Positions 29,001 to 37,799 of a stretch of DNA of 64,000 nt are shown here, piece after piece. Every line of letters begins with the position of its first letter. Within the stretch, counting starts at the first letter, position 1. The notes under the pieces were generated by a model. The model was not told where the DNA came from. It ran no database searches and saw nothing but the letters and a program-made list of their open reading frames with translations. Origin of the DNA: a virus (Duplodnaviria; Caudoviricetes). The stretch lies in IMG/VR virus record IMGVR_UViG_2889388703_000001, positions 37,071 to 101,070 of that record; one strand, given 5' to 3'. A program made the position numbers and the translations under genes.

Positions 29001-31809
29001 CAAGTGCTGTACTTACTCCTGATGCGGTCTTTTCAGCCGCTTGTTCCTGAAGTTTTTCCTTTAAAAGCAACGATAGCCTTTCACGTATTTTAGCGTTTAC
29101 AAGTTCCTGTGCAGCAGAAAGTTTTTCGTTACTGTCAGCTTCCGTAAGGAGGAATCCTATATAATCTCCATATCGGTCATTTATCTGGTTGATAAGTTTC
29201 AGTTTTACATCCTTTTCCTGATTCTCTTTCTTTGCCCCTTCAAAAAGCGCATCTACACGAAGCCTTTCACGCTCAAGTTCCTTGTTGTAATCATTGGTGG
29301 CTTTTGTAATATCGCTAACTTTTGTCAACAAATCATATACAGCATAACCAAGCGTAGTTATTCCGGCAACCACAAGTCCAATTACATTTTTTTTCATGGC
29401 TGTATTCAATGCAGAAAATCCTTCCTTCCACAACGTTGTATATGTACTTGCTGTGAATATTGCCGCACCTGCCGCTTTTGCTGCAACCGTAAAAGATGCA
29501 AGCCCAAGAACAAGTGAAGTAACTGAAGTTTTAAATACTTCTGCTCCGTCAGATCCGCTTTTTAACCATTTTACAAAATCAAGTAGCGTGGATAGAAACT
29601 CTTTTAGTCTTTCTACGGCATTTGAATTAACGAATGTTTCCTTTATTTCGTTGCCAAGTCGGTTTACTATACCAATGGCACTTTCCTGTTTAATATTTGC
29701 TTCATTGGTCACACTAGTGGCTTCAGCGTACGCCTGGCGTGATAATTCTACACGAGAACGAAGTACATCAGTGTTCTGTGAAAGCGTAGTGATAACTCGG
29801 TTCATACGCTCTCCCTCGCTCCCAAATTCTTTCATTATAGGAGCTAATGCCTTCAATCCATCCTCTTCACTCATCCCCTTCAACTTACCCAGAACAACCA
29901 GCATAGCATCCATGGTTTTACCTGCGCTTATCATGTCTTCAAGGACTTTATCATCTATACCTACAGCCATAGCGATTGACCTTGTATTAGTCTGTAATGC
30001 AGATATAAATGAGGTAAGAGCCGTACCTGCCACTTCCGCGCTTTCAGCATTTTCATCCATAACCGCACCGAGAGCTGCCATTTCCGCCATAGTAATCTTG
30101 GATACGCTTGCCACAGAGCCAATACGGTTAATAATATCGGTAATAGGTCCGGCTGTGGCAGAACTTGCAGCAGACAATTCATTGATAGAACTACCAATAG
30201 CCAATAAAGCTTTTTCTGTTCCCAGAAGTTTACCTTCTCCTGTAAGATTGCTGATTTTTAGAAGGGTGTTTACACCTTCATTACCAAGTTCATTTAATGC
30301 AATAGTAAGCTGATCTGCCGCACGCACAAATCCAAGCACATCTTCCTCCGTTTTCAGACCTGCCTGTCCAGCCGAAGCCGCAAGACTATAAAGCTGTTCC
30401 TGCGCCGTTCGTGTGTCTATCTTATCTATGTTTTTTGTAAGATTCGCAATCTCTTCACTGGAAAGCCCGGTTGTTTTCTGGATGTCAGCCATGCTGTCGC
30501 TAAGTTCAAAATTCGCCTGAGCCATTTGCTTTATACGCCCGACGATTTCATTGAATCCGGCGTAAACCAGCACATACGATGTAAGTCTTTTCGCTGTAGC
30601 TACAATCTGGTTGTCGTGCTCCTGCCAGCTTTTTTTCACATCGTCTATCTGTGCACTTACCTGACGAAGCTTAGCTGATGTCTTTACATACTCCTCTGTA
30701 CGTCTGGTTGACTCCGTTAGTTCTTTCTGCAATTGTGCGGCAGCCTGTTGCAATTCTTCAAGCGGAGCCGTACGCAAGCGTTTCATTACATCGTCTACAT
30801 TTACAAGCTTATTGGAGACCGCCTGCTCTGCAGATTCAATATCCTTAAAAGCATTCCTTATTTTATCCAGTTGCTTCGTGTCGCCCACTTTTAACTGGCT
30901 TTGATAGTCCTGCAATGTTTTTTTCAACTGCTGAAGGTCTTCGTACGTCCCGTCAAAAGTACCCATTCCAACTTTACCGGCCTTGTCGAGAGCTTCATCC
31001 AGACTTATAACTTCATCAGAAGTAGTCTTTATTTTCCCATTAAGCGTGGCAATAGCATCTTCGACCTCCTTTATTCCCTTTGTGTCGCTGATTTTAAGCT
31101 TCTGCTTGTATTCTTCAAGCAATTTGATAGCCTCTTTCGTCTGCCCGATAGTCCCGTCAAACGTCCCAGTCTGAACTTGTCCCAAAGTGGTTTTTGCCTG
31201 CTGAGTCACCCTCCTCGATTGCTCCATTTCCACCGTGCGAAGCTGTTCTGAGAATCTGGCCATTTCCTCAGTTCCTTCCTTGGTAGTTCCCATCACTTCC
31301 TGTAAACGCTGGCGAAGCGTTGAAAGTGCCTTGTCGGATGCATCGCGTATATTCCCGAATATTGTAGCGAAACCTTCTATATTCTTCTTACGACGCTCAA
31401 GCTCTTCCATGATTTTGTTCAGCATGGAAGCGTTATATTGCATTTTTTCAAGGTCTTTAGGGTCTGTTCGTGCAAGCTGCTGCTGATAATAATTACGGCT
31501 TGACTTTAAGTTACGTTCCGTTTCACCTGAAAGGTCGCTTAACTCCTTTGATATGTTGTATATCTGTCTTTCAGTATCCCTTATGACCTTATTCATGGAC
31601 TTGAAACGTTTCTCACTTTCCTGTATTTTTTTCCCAAGTTCATCATAAGCTTTCGGATCAAGTTCAAAAAGCTGCTGCTGCTTCATGGACTCTATCTCCT
31701 TCGACAGTTGAGCAGCTTCGTTCTTCATTTCCTGAAGCTGCTTTTTTGCCTGAGTAGTTCCGCCTATATATACGTCTATTCGTGCTTGTTGGTTCCTGTT
31801 GTATGCCAT
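26035..31809 (-). CDS. tail tape measure protein
   Basis: 1924 aa, helical; MADIQKTTGLS...AEVAGTA core; hydrophobic segments. Confidence 0.9.
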   Translation of the reverse strand: MAYNRNQQARIDVYIGGTTQAKKQLQEMKNEAAQLSKEIESMKQQQLFELDPKAYDELGKKIQESEKRFKSMNKVIRDTERQIYNISKELSDLSGETERNLKSSRNYYQQQLARTDPKDLEKMQYNASMLNKIMEELERRKKNIEGFATIFGNIRDASDKALSTLRQRLQEVMGTTKEGTEEMARFSEQLRTVEMEQSRRVTQQAKTTLGQVQTGTFDGTIGQTKEAIKLLEEYKQKLKISDTKGIKEVEDAIATLNGKIKTTSDEVISLDEALDKAGKVGMGTFDGTYEDLQQLKKTLQDYQSQLKVGDTKQLDKIRNAFKDIESAEQAVSNKLVNVDDVMKRLRTAPLEELQQAAAQLQKELTESTRRTEEYVKTSAKLRQVSAQIDDVKKSWQEHDNQIVATAKRLTSYVLVYAGFNEIVGRIKQMAQANFELSDSMADIQKTTGLSSEEIANLTKNIDKIDTRTAQEQLYSLAASAGQAGLKTEEDVLGFVRAADQLTIALNELGNEGVNTLLKISNLTGEGKLLGTEKALLAIGSSINELSAASSATAGPITDIINRIGSVASVSKITMAEMAALGAVMDENAESAEVAGTALTSFISALQTNTRSIAMAVGIDDKVLEDMISAGKTMDAMLVVLGKLKGMSEEDGLKALAPIMKEFGSEGERMNRVITTLSQNTDVLRSRVELSRQAYAEATSVTNEANIKQESAIGIVNRLGNEIKETFVNSNAVERLKEFLSTLLDFVKWLKSGSDGAEVFKTSVTSLVLGLASFTVAAKAAGAAIFTASTYTTLWKEGFSALNTAMKKNVIGLVVAGITTLGYAVYDLLTKVSDITKATNDYNKELERERLRVDALFEGAKKENQEKDVKLKLINQINDRYGDYIGFLLTEADSNEKLSAAQELVNAKIRERLSLLLKEKLQEQAAEKTASGVSTALGNIKQGLQETQGISDVRSDEALRVVQQIVNRDIKKPVDEIVKQVYATLREKFSTEGNAYTYQDFFKVSEGVRDYINVLKDYDKAVDSAVTETEEKINAANQDVKAANTKMLNAITSEWNELQKVKTDSLNENQLLEHNEKLKKAANEYIKIAKQQISLLSGEEKQQLQSYVDFYEKAISQVEKTSKQKEPNIWGYGRTIDDASVDQLVAKYKQFFAERTSMRKDADYSTAYAKEFKDRAEAMDWYMKKLKEIEAQLNKMGYNTSGELLNDKSGSRGEKREMNDEMTAALSALEAYFVSRETLIKERRANEEITEQEMNRQLEANEFEHLNARIKLRRSFLGDMESLSKEEMKTYGLDGKDLEKLSKYLLDKGQAMQDGIRLKLVEDELKMREDLLKHQEAIRKILLDNDYTGQVDKEFMSAIDKLELLFGKQEEMTEESGIRRMNILRSMSQEAYLIDVEEFRKRIEAQTEFSEWRKDKTTEDYQALLYMLQKYNDDYEAAENRAIERRKKIAEKKWEKSGQKEDWQTRTDESQANVDLMQTASGLGLASDSMVEDAKLEYYKLRIEASKAYLEQMEQEMQMEVDKAYQEKLLADAKLEEVEGTDLEADYRDRSLEANAAYEAAKRAQMQMTLDARQKLNEAMNDLDNQEMEIQERKLNTLKEYTDAIVDFSGQMGEAAFGEVEDRKQAAQQLIQTTMNLTKQLIMQKIQELLTKKALKKQEVAIEQSGNQSIVQSAGSTIISGLAASEKGMGGKITGAIAGGSAKIIEELGWWGIPLIAVISAALNGLMGLAMGAFTKSKQEVAAVTGASSSSKGRVAAGMLTYAEGDYPVLGNDGQIYNARYQKELKTGVYGRGAHFGIFSEKKPEMIVDGDTTQKLILNYPHIYESILTIARHGQLKSAAMPTFASGNYPSMPAQITQVASGATDMTMQNEQMTQMLGSVAEALSTLNERLSKPISATVDPYGSKGAVNQLNKASNFMTKRGLIK

Positions 31810-31828
31810 GCCTAGTTTGATTTTTACC

Positions 31829-31870
31829 CAAAGTTACCTATCGTAAAAAGCAAAATGAAGGACAAAAAAA
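31829..31870 (-). promoter_or_regulatory. late promoter motif, copy 2 (tape measure operon)
   Basis: TTTTTTGTCCTTCA-N19-TAACTTTG. Confidence 0.8.
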
Positions 31871-31927
31871 TATAGGCTCAACGCACTGGTTTTCAGAAAA
31901 TCACTATATTTGCAAAAACAAAATACC

Positions 31928-32434
31928 ATGCAGAAATCATTGGACGAAGCAAGGAAACAAAAATTCCTTGACTTGAAGAAATGGGCGCTGACCACAATAC
32001 AGAGCATACACAGAAACTACGGAACACAGAAAGTATGGCCAAGAGGGTATCCCGGTCCCTACATCGGATACCGCAACACACCCGCAGCCAAGCGAAGCAC
32101 TGGAGAATCTTTCAGCTACCGTAATTTCTATGCGAAGGTCTACAATATGGCAGAGGGCGATACGGAAAAAATTTCCTTCTTTTTCCGATATTATCTTTTC
32201 TTTGTGGACATGGGTGTGGGACGTGGAAGAAAATGGAGATTTGAAGGAGAGGATGCCAAATGGAACAAATTGTATGAGGAATGGAAGGGACAAGGTGACA
32301 GGCAGCAGCGTCCGTTCCTTACAATGGAAATCAGACACCAGATAACAAGACTTAGCGAAATGGTGCAGGCATACTACCATGACATCGTACAGATAGATGT
32401 GGTAGAAGCTCTTGAAGGGAAAAGCAAAAACTGA
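31928..32434 (+). CDS. probable neck/virion morphogenesis protein
   Basis: STG...FFRYYLFFVDMGVGRG...RPFL pattern; TATATTTG box upstream. Confidence 0.55.
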   Translation: MQKSLDEARKQKFLDLKKWALTTIQSIHRNYGTQKVWPRGYPGPYIGYRNTPAAKRSTGESFSYRNFYAKVYNMAEGDTEKISFFFRYYLFFVDMGVGRGRKWRFEGEDAKWNKLYEEWKGQGDRQQRPFLTMEIRHQITRLSEMVQAYYHDIVQIDVVEALEGKSKN

Positions 32435-32441
32435 ATATAAA

Positions 32442-32481
32442 AAACCATCCGGAAATATCATTAATTTCTTCCGGATGGTTT
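32442..32481. terminator. terminator between convergent genes
   Basis: AAACCATCCGGAA...TTCCGGATGGTTT. Confidence 0.7.
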
Positions 32482-32504
32482 ACCCTGTTCAACAAACGGG
32501 ACTT

Positions 32505-32867
32505 TCAATTTTTATCACCGGCTTTGTCAGCAGGACTTTCCCTGACTAATATCTCACAACCAAGAGCCTGTGAAATCCTTATCAGTGCAAGAATGCTTTC
32601 ATCCTTTCCGAGCATGATGCGGTGAAGCTCGTCGTAAGTCACAGCGGCCTGGCCTTCCATGTTGTGAATGTACATTCCGCACACTTTGGCTCTCTCTGCA
32701 AGAAAATTAGAAATATTTTTCGCACATTCCTCGGCTTCCTTTTCTCCGCAGTCGGCCTGCTTTGGAAGGTTCATCGCACGACGGACGCTGTACATTCTTG
32801 CTCTTTCCAAAATCACGCAGCAGGATACAATAAAAATTCCTGCCAGAACAATCGTCAGATTTGTCAT
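32505..32867 (-). CDS. TM-anchored XRE-like HTH protein
   Basis: N-terminal TM; ELHRIMLG..SILALIRISQALGC. Confidence 0.55.
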   Translation of the reverse strand: MTNLTIVLAGIFIVSCCVILERARMYSVRRAMNLPKQADCGEKEAEECAKNISNFLAERAKVCGMYIHNMEGQAAVTYDELHRIMLGKDESILALIRISQALGCEILVRESPADKAGDKN

Positions 32868-32939
32868 TTCTTTCTTTTTTAAAGGTTAATTTTATCTGTC
32901 TTTTTACTGTTGAAACAAAGATTTAAAAACTATTCGCCA

Positions 32940-33011
32940 GCAACCTCTAAAGTGGTTTGCGGCAAACCTCTCGAGCGATATGCAGCAAACCACTTGAGAG
33001 GTTTGCTGCAT
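32940..33011. repeat. three ~22-bp palindromic units (REP-like)
   Basis: GCAAACCTCTCAAGTGGTTTGC-like units; the last forms a 12-bp stem at 32980-33011. Confidence 0.6.
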
Positions 33012-33026
33012 TTGTTTTGACAGGCC

Positions 33027-33341
33027 CTACAGGCTATTGTGGAGGGGGTGCGCAGAAACGTAGTTTCCCATCATCATAAGAAGGGTTTTCTGGCCGCTCG
33101 TGTCGGACGAAAGAAAGTCCAGAATCTCCTTGAAAAGTGAGCGCGAGCACTCGCGTTTCACACTGACCAGATAACCGCTGCCGAGCAGACTTTCCAGTTC
33201 ACGTCGCACGGTGTGTTCGGGCATGAAGTCCTCATATTCCACATAGGCCAGCACGCCTTTCCGGGTGCTGGTAAACATAATGCTGTGTCTTACTTCTCCA
33301 AAATAGCCGTCTATTGCTTTTCTTGCTTCGCGCTTGTTCAT
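33027..33341 (-). CDS. hypothetical protein
   Basis: 104 aa, coupled to the ANT gene. Confidence 0.6.
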   Translation of the reverse strand: MNKREARKAIDGYFGEVRHSIMFTSTRKGVLAYVEYEDFMPEHTVRRELESLLGSGYLVSVKRECSRSLFKEILDFLSSDTSGQKTLLMMMGNYVSAHPLHNSL

Positions 33342-33784
33342 AAATGTCCTCCTTTCTGAATGATGATGCGTGAAAAGAACTCGTATCCTTCACGTGTAAT
33401 GTAAGGTGTGTAGTATTTTAGCCCCGCTCCCGTTGCTCCCGAATGTGCGGCAAGCATCAACCCGCGCCGTGTGCTTTCCTCGGAAGGGGCGTTGTAGCAT
33501 TCCGGCGACGAAAGCAGCCACCCTTCACGGCGAAGAAAATCAAAAACCTGTGCCGAGCGTACCAGTATGCCGTGCTCGCGGCTTATAAGTCTTGCCATCT
33601 GCCGCACAAGCATCGCATCGCGGTGGTGAATCCTTATTTCCCTTGCCGTAAGAAACGGAATCGGATTATCCCTGCATGGCAGCTTTGCGCATTCCGCTAC
33701 GGGTTGCACCGCTGACGGAAGAAGCGGAACTTCAGGCAATGCGGCCACCATCCTGGCTATTCGTAACCTCTCTTCTCTTTTCAT
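33338..33784 (-). CDS. phage antirepressor (ANT/KilA-C domain)
   Basis: LVRQMARLI...FDFLRREGWL...N.P.....RGL...TPYITREG. Confidence 0.7.
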   Translation of the reverse strand: MKREERLRIARMVAALPEVPLLPSAVQPVAECAKLPCRDNPIPFLTAREIRIHHRDAMLVRQMARLISREHGILVRSAQVFDFLRREGWLLSSPECYNAPSEESTRRGLMLAAHSGATGAGLKYYTPYITREGYEFFSRIIIQKGGHL

Positions 33785-34818
33785 GGCTGCACTCCTTCCA
33801 TCTTTATGGTTTCCATTATCCGGAGAAATCCCGCCTCGGTGAAAAGCGGACGGTAAGTAAGGATACCGCTTTCCTCGTCCTTGTCAGGTTCCATGGCGTA
33901 TGCGTATCCGTGCATACGTGAAAACTCCGTGGGCTTCATTCGCTCTTGCTCTTTTGCCTGAAGGAACTTGTGCTCATAAAGGAACTGCAATAGCGAAAAA
34001 GGGGATATTTCTATGCTAAGCTCTTTCCACAGACGTATCCGCAGGTCCTCCATATCCATGGCACGGTACATGACCGAAGGCGTAAGCACGGGGCTGCTTA
34101 TGTATATACACTCGGGATACTTTTTGTAAAATTCAGGCTTGTAGTACATGTCCGATACATCCTCCTTCTTCCACTCCTTCAATCCTTCCACATCGCCTGC
34201 AAATGCGGACACAATCTTTTCCAGACGCTCAACCCGCTTCAAAAGGCTGCTTTGCTCTTTTCCCTTCGGAAAAGCTGAGGGAATTGATACATGAAGGCTT
34301 TCTTCACGGCATTTTTCCATCTGCTCCAGACGGTACTTTAGCACGGCTACCTCTTCTTTCTTTCGTTCAAGCTGTTCAAGCGCATCTCCCAGTTCCTCGT
34401 CGCTTTCTATCAGAAGCAGGGCAAGTTCTTTCCTTCCGTACTTGCTCACGTCTATATCGTCCTGCTGCGGTTTCGTGACCTGCTCACGGAGCTTTTTCTC
34501 CATTCGGTTGAAGGCCGAAATGTAGGCTTCCTTAAACCGGGCTGCCTTGGCTCCCGTATATCCCATGACAAGGAAAGTGAATCCGTCCTTGGTCATGGTG
34601 TAATACTTTGTCTGTGTACTACCAACTCCTAACTGTTTGGTTTCCAGGCATAGCGCAAAATTTCGCTCATGAAACTCCTTGCTGCAATCCAAATTTCTTA
34701 TGTCACGCAATACGTCACTATTGCGTTTTCCAAACACTTCTGATACAATTTTGCTGTTTGTAAGAACCTGCTCGTTTTCTCCAACAAACACCAGTTCACT
34801 ATTCAACACTTCTTCCAT
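33781..34818 (-). CDS. rha: Rha family regulator with C-terminal ANT-like domain
   Basis: TNSKIVSEVFGKR...MTKDGFTFLVMGYTGAKAARFKEAYISAFNRME. Confidence 0.85.
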   Translation of the reverse strand: MEEVLNSELVFVGENEQVLTNSKIVSEVFGKRNSDVLRDIRNLDCSKEFHERNFALCLETKQLGVGSTQTKYYTMTKDGFTFLVMGYTGAKAARFKEAYISAFNRMEKKLREQVTKPQQDDIDVSKYGRKELALLLIESDEELGDALEQLERKKEEVAVLKYRLEQMEKCREESLHVSIPSAFPKGKEQSSLLKRVERLEKIVSAFAGDVEGLKEWKKEDVSDMYYKPEFYKKYPECIYISSPVLTPSVMYRAMDMEDLRIRLWKELSIEISPFSLLQFLYEHKFLQAKEQERMKPTEFSRMHGYAYAMEPDKDEESGILTYRPLFTEAGFLRIMETIKMEGVQP

Positions 34819-34823
34819 AATTA

Positions 34824-35288
34824 CTAATCCTCGCCTTTAAATTCATTTTCCATTTTATCCAAATCTTTACACCCTGTGACACCCTGCATAATGCGGACAA
34901 ACGATACAAGCATGCACCATGCAGTGAATAGTCCCAAAGGAACTATGAGAATTACTTTTGCCACAGCAGGAATAAATCCCGAAAACACAACGCAAGGAAT
35001 AAAAACCGCCATGCTTGCAAAGGTTATCACATGAATGTACCAGAGTTTCTTTCCTTTTACCTTACTCCGCGTATGTACTCCATCGCACGCTCGTGCTGGC
35101 TTTGTGGCATTAGGTCGGCGTAGTCCACGTACAAATACTCTCTTACACCATCCGGCCACACGCAAAATGCTGTCGCTCCATCTTCCGAATAATTCACTGA
35201 TACGAATGGCGCACCGCTCAGTTTGCGGTGAATAAACTCCGAAGCCATTATCCGAAGTTCCGATGCTGGTTTTTTCTTCATAATTCAT
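34824..35288 (-). CDS. membrane protein (two C-terminal TM helices; 5' half overlaps another ORF)
   Basis: Hydrophobic C-terminal half; start uncertain. Confidence 0.45.
   Translation of the reverse strand: MNYEEKTSIGTSDNGFGVYSPQTERCAIRISELFGRWSDSILRVAGWCKRVFVRGLRRPNATKPARACDGVHTRSKVKGKKLWYIHVITFASMAVFIPCVVFSGFIPAVAKVILIVPLGLFTAWCMLVSFVRIMQGVTGCKDLDKMENEFKGED
35057..35281 (-). CDS. hypothetical protein (74 aa)
   Basis: MKKKPASELR...; globular composition, more protein-like than the overlapping frame. Confidence 0.55.
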   Translation of the reverse strand: MKKKPASELRIMASEFIHRKLSGAPFVSVNYSEDGATAFCVWPDGVREYLYVDYADLMPQSQHERAMEYIRGVR

Positions 35289-35308
35289 ATTCTATATTTA
35301 TAAGGTTA

Positions 35309-35572
35309 TTAATATCTGTATTTGCGTCCGTAATCCATGACCCAGTCATTCTTACCGAAAACCACGTGCTGATACATGCGTGCATTGCGCTGGTCGGCCT
35401 TGCTGCTTTTCATGGAAGCCATTCGCTTTTCTGATTCCTCACGCTGTGCGGCTTCTTTCTTTGCTCTGCGCCATGCTTCTTTTAATGCCTGGCTCATGGT
35501 GCAGTTCCATGAATGGTTGCGGATTCTGTGAGCAGCTTTCATGATTTCGGATTTGTTGAATTTCTGTGTCAT
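35309..35572 (-). CDS. small basic protein, first gene of antirepressor operon
   Basis: Start MTQKFNKSEIMKAAH downstream of a TATATTTG box; SQALKEAW motif. Confidence 0.7.
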   Translation of the reverse strand: MTQKFNKSEIMKAAHRIRNHSWNCTMSQALKEAWRRAKKEAAQREESEKRMASMKSSKADQRNARMYQHVVFGKNDWVMDYGRKYRY

Positions 35573-35597
35573 ATATACTATTTGTTTATCTGTTTGA

Positions 35598-35715
35598 TGC
35601 AAATATATAGTAATAGTATATATATTACAACTTAAACAATAAATAAGTGATATATATTAACATCATTTAAGTGAAGTATTAGTTTATATATTAAAATCAA
35701 TGCCTAATTTTGCTT
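35598..35715. promoter_or_regulatory. divergent promoters with TATATATTA operator-like repeats
   Basis: TATATTTG (-) at 35600-35607; TAATTTTG (+) at 35705-35712; three TATATATTA copies between. Confidence 0.55.
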
Positions 35716-35742
35716 CAAATTAAATAAACCTATACGTTATAT

Positions 35743-36021
35743 ATGAATTACAGAATAAAAGAAATATGTGATTTGAAAGGAATAAAAGTAAAATCCATAA
35801 TAGATAAAGTAGGAATAAGCCTTCCTGCATTATACAACATCGTAAATGGAAAGATGTCTCCTAAAATGGAAACGCTTGAAAAAATAGCAGAAGCCCTTGA
35901 GGTTCCCATGTGGCAACTCTTTGCCAGCCCGGAAGAAGTGCGTAAAGAATCAGGTGCAAGCGTCTGCCCTTATTGCGGTGGCTTGCTCGATGTGGAAGTC
36001 AATCTGAGAAAGAAGAGCTAA
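35743..36021 (+). CDS. XRE-family HTH regulator with zinc ribbon
   Basis: RIKEIC...GISLPALYNIVNG..SP.METLEKIAEALEV; CPYCG. Confidence 0.85.
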   Translation: MNYRIKEICDLKGIKVKSIIDKVGISLPALYNIVNGKMSPKMETLEKIAEALEVPMWQLFASPEEVRKESGASVCPYCGGLLDVEVNLRKKS

Positions 36022-36040
36022 TTTTTTTTGCCCATACGCT

Positions 36041-36074
36041 AACAATTTTAATGCGACTCACGTTTAAAATTGTT
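36041..36074. promoter_or_regulatory. operator O2
   Basis: AACAATTTTAA-TGCGACTCACGT-TTAAAATTGTT. Confidence 0.7.
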
Positions 36075-36187
36075 TTGTTTTTTCATTTTTCCTCCGAAAA
36101 TCAGCACTTTTAAAATTTTCATCTCATAATCATATTTTTATTTTATGCTTATAGTTACATTTGCTTGAAATAAAAATTAATTAGTGT

Positions 36188-36973
36188 ATGAAAAAAATTT
36201 TAACAATGCTTATTGCTTGCGTTCTATTTTTCAGTTGCTCAAAGGACGAAGGCACAGAAGAAACGACACAGAACACGCTATCTGAGAAACTAACGAATGG
36301 ATATTTTATATCCGATGATGATGAAGCAATCAGATTTCGCACAGACGGCTATTTTGAATGGATGGAAAGAAACAGTTACAGGAAATATGATAGGCCTGAA
36401 ATGATGTCTGTTGCAAAATGGAAAATAGATGAAGATGGGAATGTAATAATAGTATGCGATGATGAAACCGGCTCAATGCCAGATGACGCACCTTCATTTA
36501 TATATAACATAAATTTCTCAGGAAACAAGCTTTATTTTACCAACCAGGAAGGTGAAAATAAAGTTATGGAAAACAAAGAAGTAAGCAATCTTCTACAGGA
36601 AGAAATGATAGGTCATACGTTTAAAGCCGGCATAGATTATCAATATGGTGGACAGAAATACAGAGCTGTTCATACCCTTACATTTGACAACGAAATAGGG
36701 ACAGCAGAATGGAGTGTGGAATGGAGTTATAAGGATTCAGGAACAGTTAGAAACACATATTCAGCACAAGGTTATTATTATACAAACATTTCAAGAGATG
36801 AAATATATTTCTACTGGTTTTACGACAATGGTGAAATACCTCCTCACAGCGCACTTTGCCCTCCCGAAAACATGGTCAATATGAGACACGAAATAAGCCC
36901 TTCTGGGGAATGGCTTATTTATTTTGACGGAGGATACACTAACTTTGGAAATGTAAATTTTGTCAGACAATGA
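36188..36973 (+). CDS. lipoprotein (moron; two beta-barrel-like halves)
   Basis: MKK..LFFS-C lipobox followed by SKDE; own TACATTTG box and terminator. Confidence 0.75.
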   Translation: MKKILTMLIACVLFFSCSKDEGTEETTQNTLSEKLTNGYFISDDDEAIRFRTDGYFEWMERNSYRKYDRPEMMSVAKWKIDEDGNVIIVCDDETGSMPDDAPSFIYNINFSGNKLYFTNQEGENKVMENKEVSNLLQEEMIGHTFKAGIDYQYGGQKYRAVHTLTFDNEIGTAEWSVEWSYKDSGTVRNTYSAQGYYYTNISRDEIYFYWFYDNGEIPPHSALCPPENMVNMRHEISPSGEWLIYFDGGYTNFGNVNFVRQ

Positions 36974-36998
36974 TATAATTTACTGATAATTAAAAAAC

Positions 36999-37037
36999 AA
37001 TGCAGCCGGGGAAGAAACGACAAAACCCGGCTGCATT
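36999..37037. terminator. bidirectional terminator
   Basis: AATGCAGCCGGG...CCCGGCTGCATT flanked by A and T runs. Confidence 0.75.
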
Positions 37038-37069
37038 TTCATTCATATAGGGTGGAAAGACAAACTACA

Positions 37070-37156
37070 TCATCTTTTTCTCATAATTATATCGCCCACC
37101 ACATTTGCCAGCACATTAGAGCCAAATCCTCTTATCCCGTCAAGTTGAGCTACCAT
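37070..37156 (-). CDS. small peptide, or +1 extension of the upstream gene
   Basis: MVAQLDGIRGFGSNVLANVVGDIIMRKR; frame stays open upstream across the previous stop. Confidence 0.4.
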   Translation of the reverse strand: MVAQLDGIRGFGSNVLANVVGDIIMRKR

Positions 37157-37193
37157 ACGTATAAGGAGGTCCAGCTTTTCTTCTATGCGGCTG

Positions 37194-37742
37194 TTACATG
37201 GCTGCCTGCTCTCCGTACATGCGCTTCTTGAAGTAACGGCGCACCTGAAAGTTCTTGTCCTTGTCTTTCAGGTAGGACACAGCTTTCTTGTAGCATGAAA
37301 GGGCCATCTTTTCGTTCGGCACTTCGGCAGGTGTCTTGTATCCCATGTCTTCAGCGATGCTGTATGCCATGTCGCTGTAAATCATGTTGGCTGTGACACA
37401 AAGTGCATACGAGTTGTACGAAGGTTTTTCTTCGGGAACTCCTCCGAGTTGTTTCACGGCAGACACGAAAGTGTCATGCCCCCAGTGGAATCCTTTCAAC
37501 CCATCTTCGTTGACCATGGTCTTACCGATATTCACGGCCTCTGTTTCCGACAAAAAATTATCCCAGCACATTGCTTCGAGGTGGCTCAGCCAGCTCATAG
37601 CCATTTCCGGGTGCATCTTTGCCATTTCCTTGAAATAATAGGTAGCAGCTTCGCCGAATATTTTCATATTCTTCACGTCCTTGCTGTCCTTCATCTTATC
37701 ATACAGCTCCTCGTAACGGGAGATCATTTGTTCTCTATCCAT
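37194..37742 (-). CDS. helical hypothetical protein of the Cys-rich operon
   Basis: 182 aa; NFLSETEA, YN.YAL.V..NM.YSD, YLKDKD. Confidence 0.75.
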   Translation of the reverse strand: MDREQMISRYEELYDKMKDSKDVKNMKIFGEAATYYFKEMAKMHPEMAMSWLSHLEAMCWDNFLSETEAVNIGKTMVNEDGLKGFHWGHDTFVSAVKQLGGVPEEKPSYNSYALCVTANMIYSDMAYSIAEDMGYKTPAEVPNEKMALSCYKKAVSYLKDKDKNFQVRRYFKKRMYGEQAAM

Positions 37743-37770
37743 ATCTCGATATTTTTAAATTAGTTTCTTC

Positions 37771-37799
37771 AAAAACTTCCCGCCCTCGCGGACGGGAAG
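37771..37799 (-). terminator. intrinsic terminator
   Basis: CTTCCCGTCC-gcga-GGGCGGGAAG-TTTTT. Confidence 0.75.
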
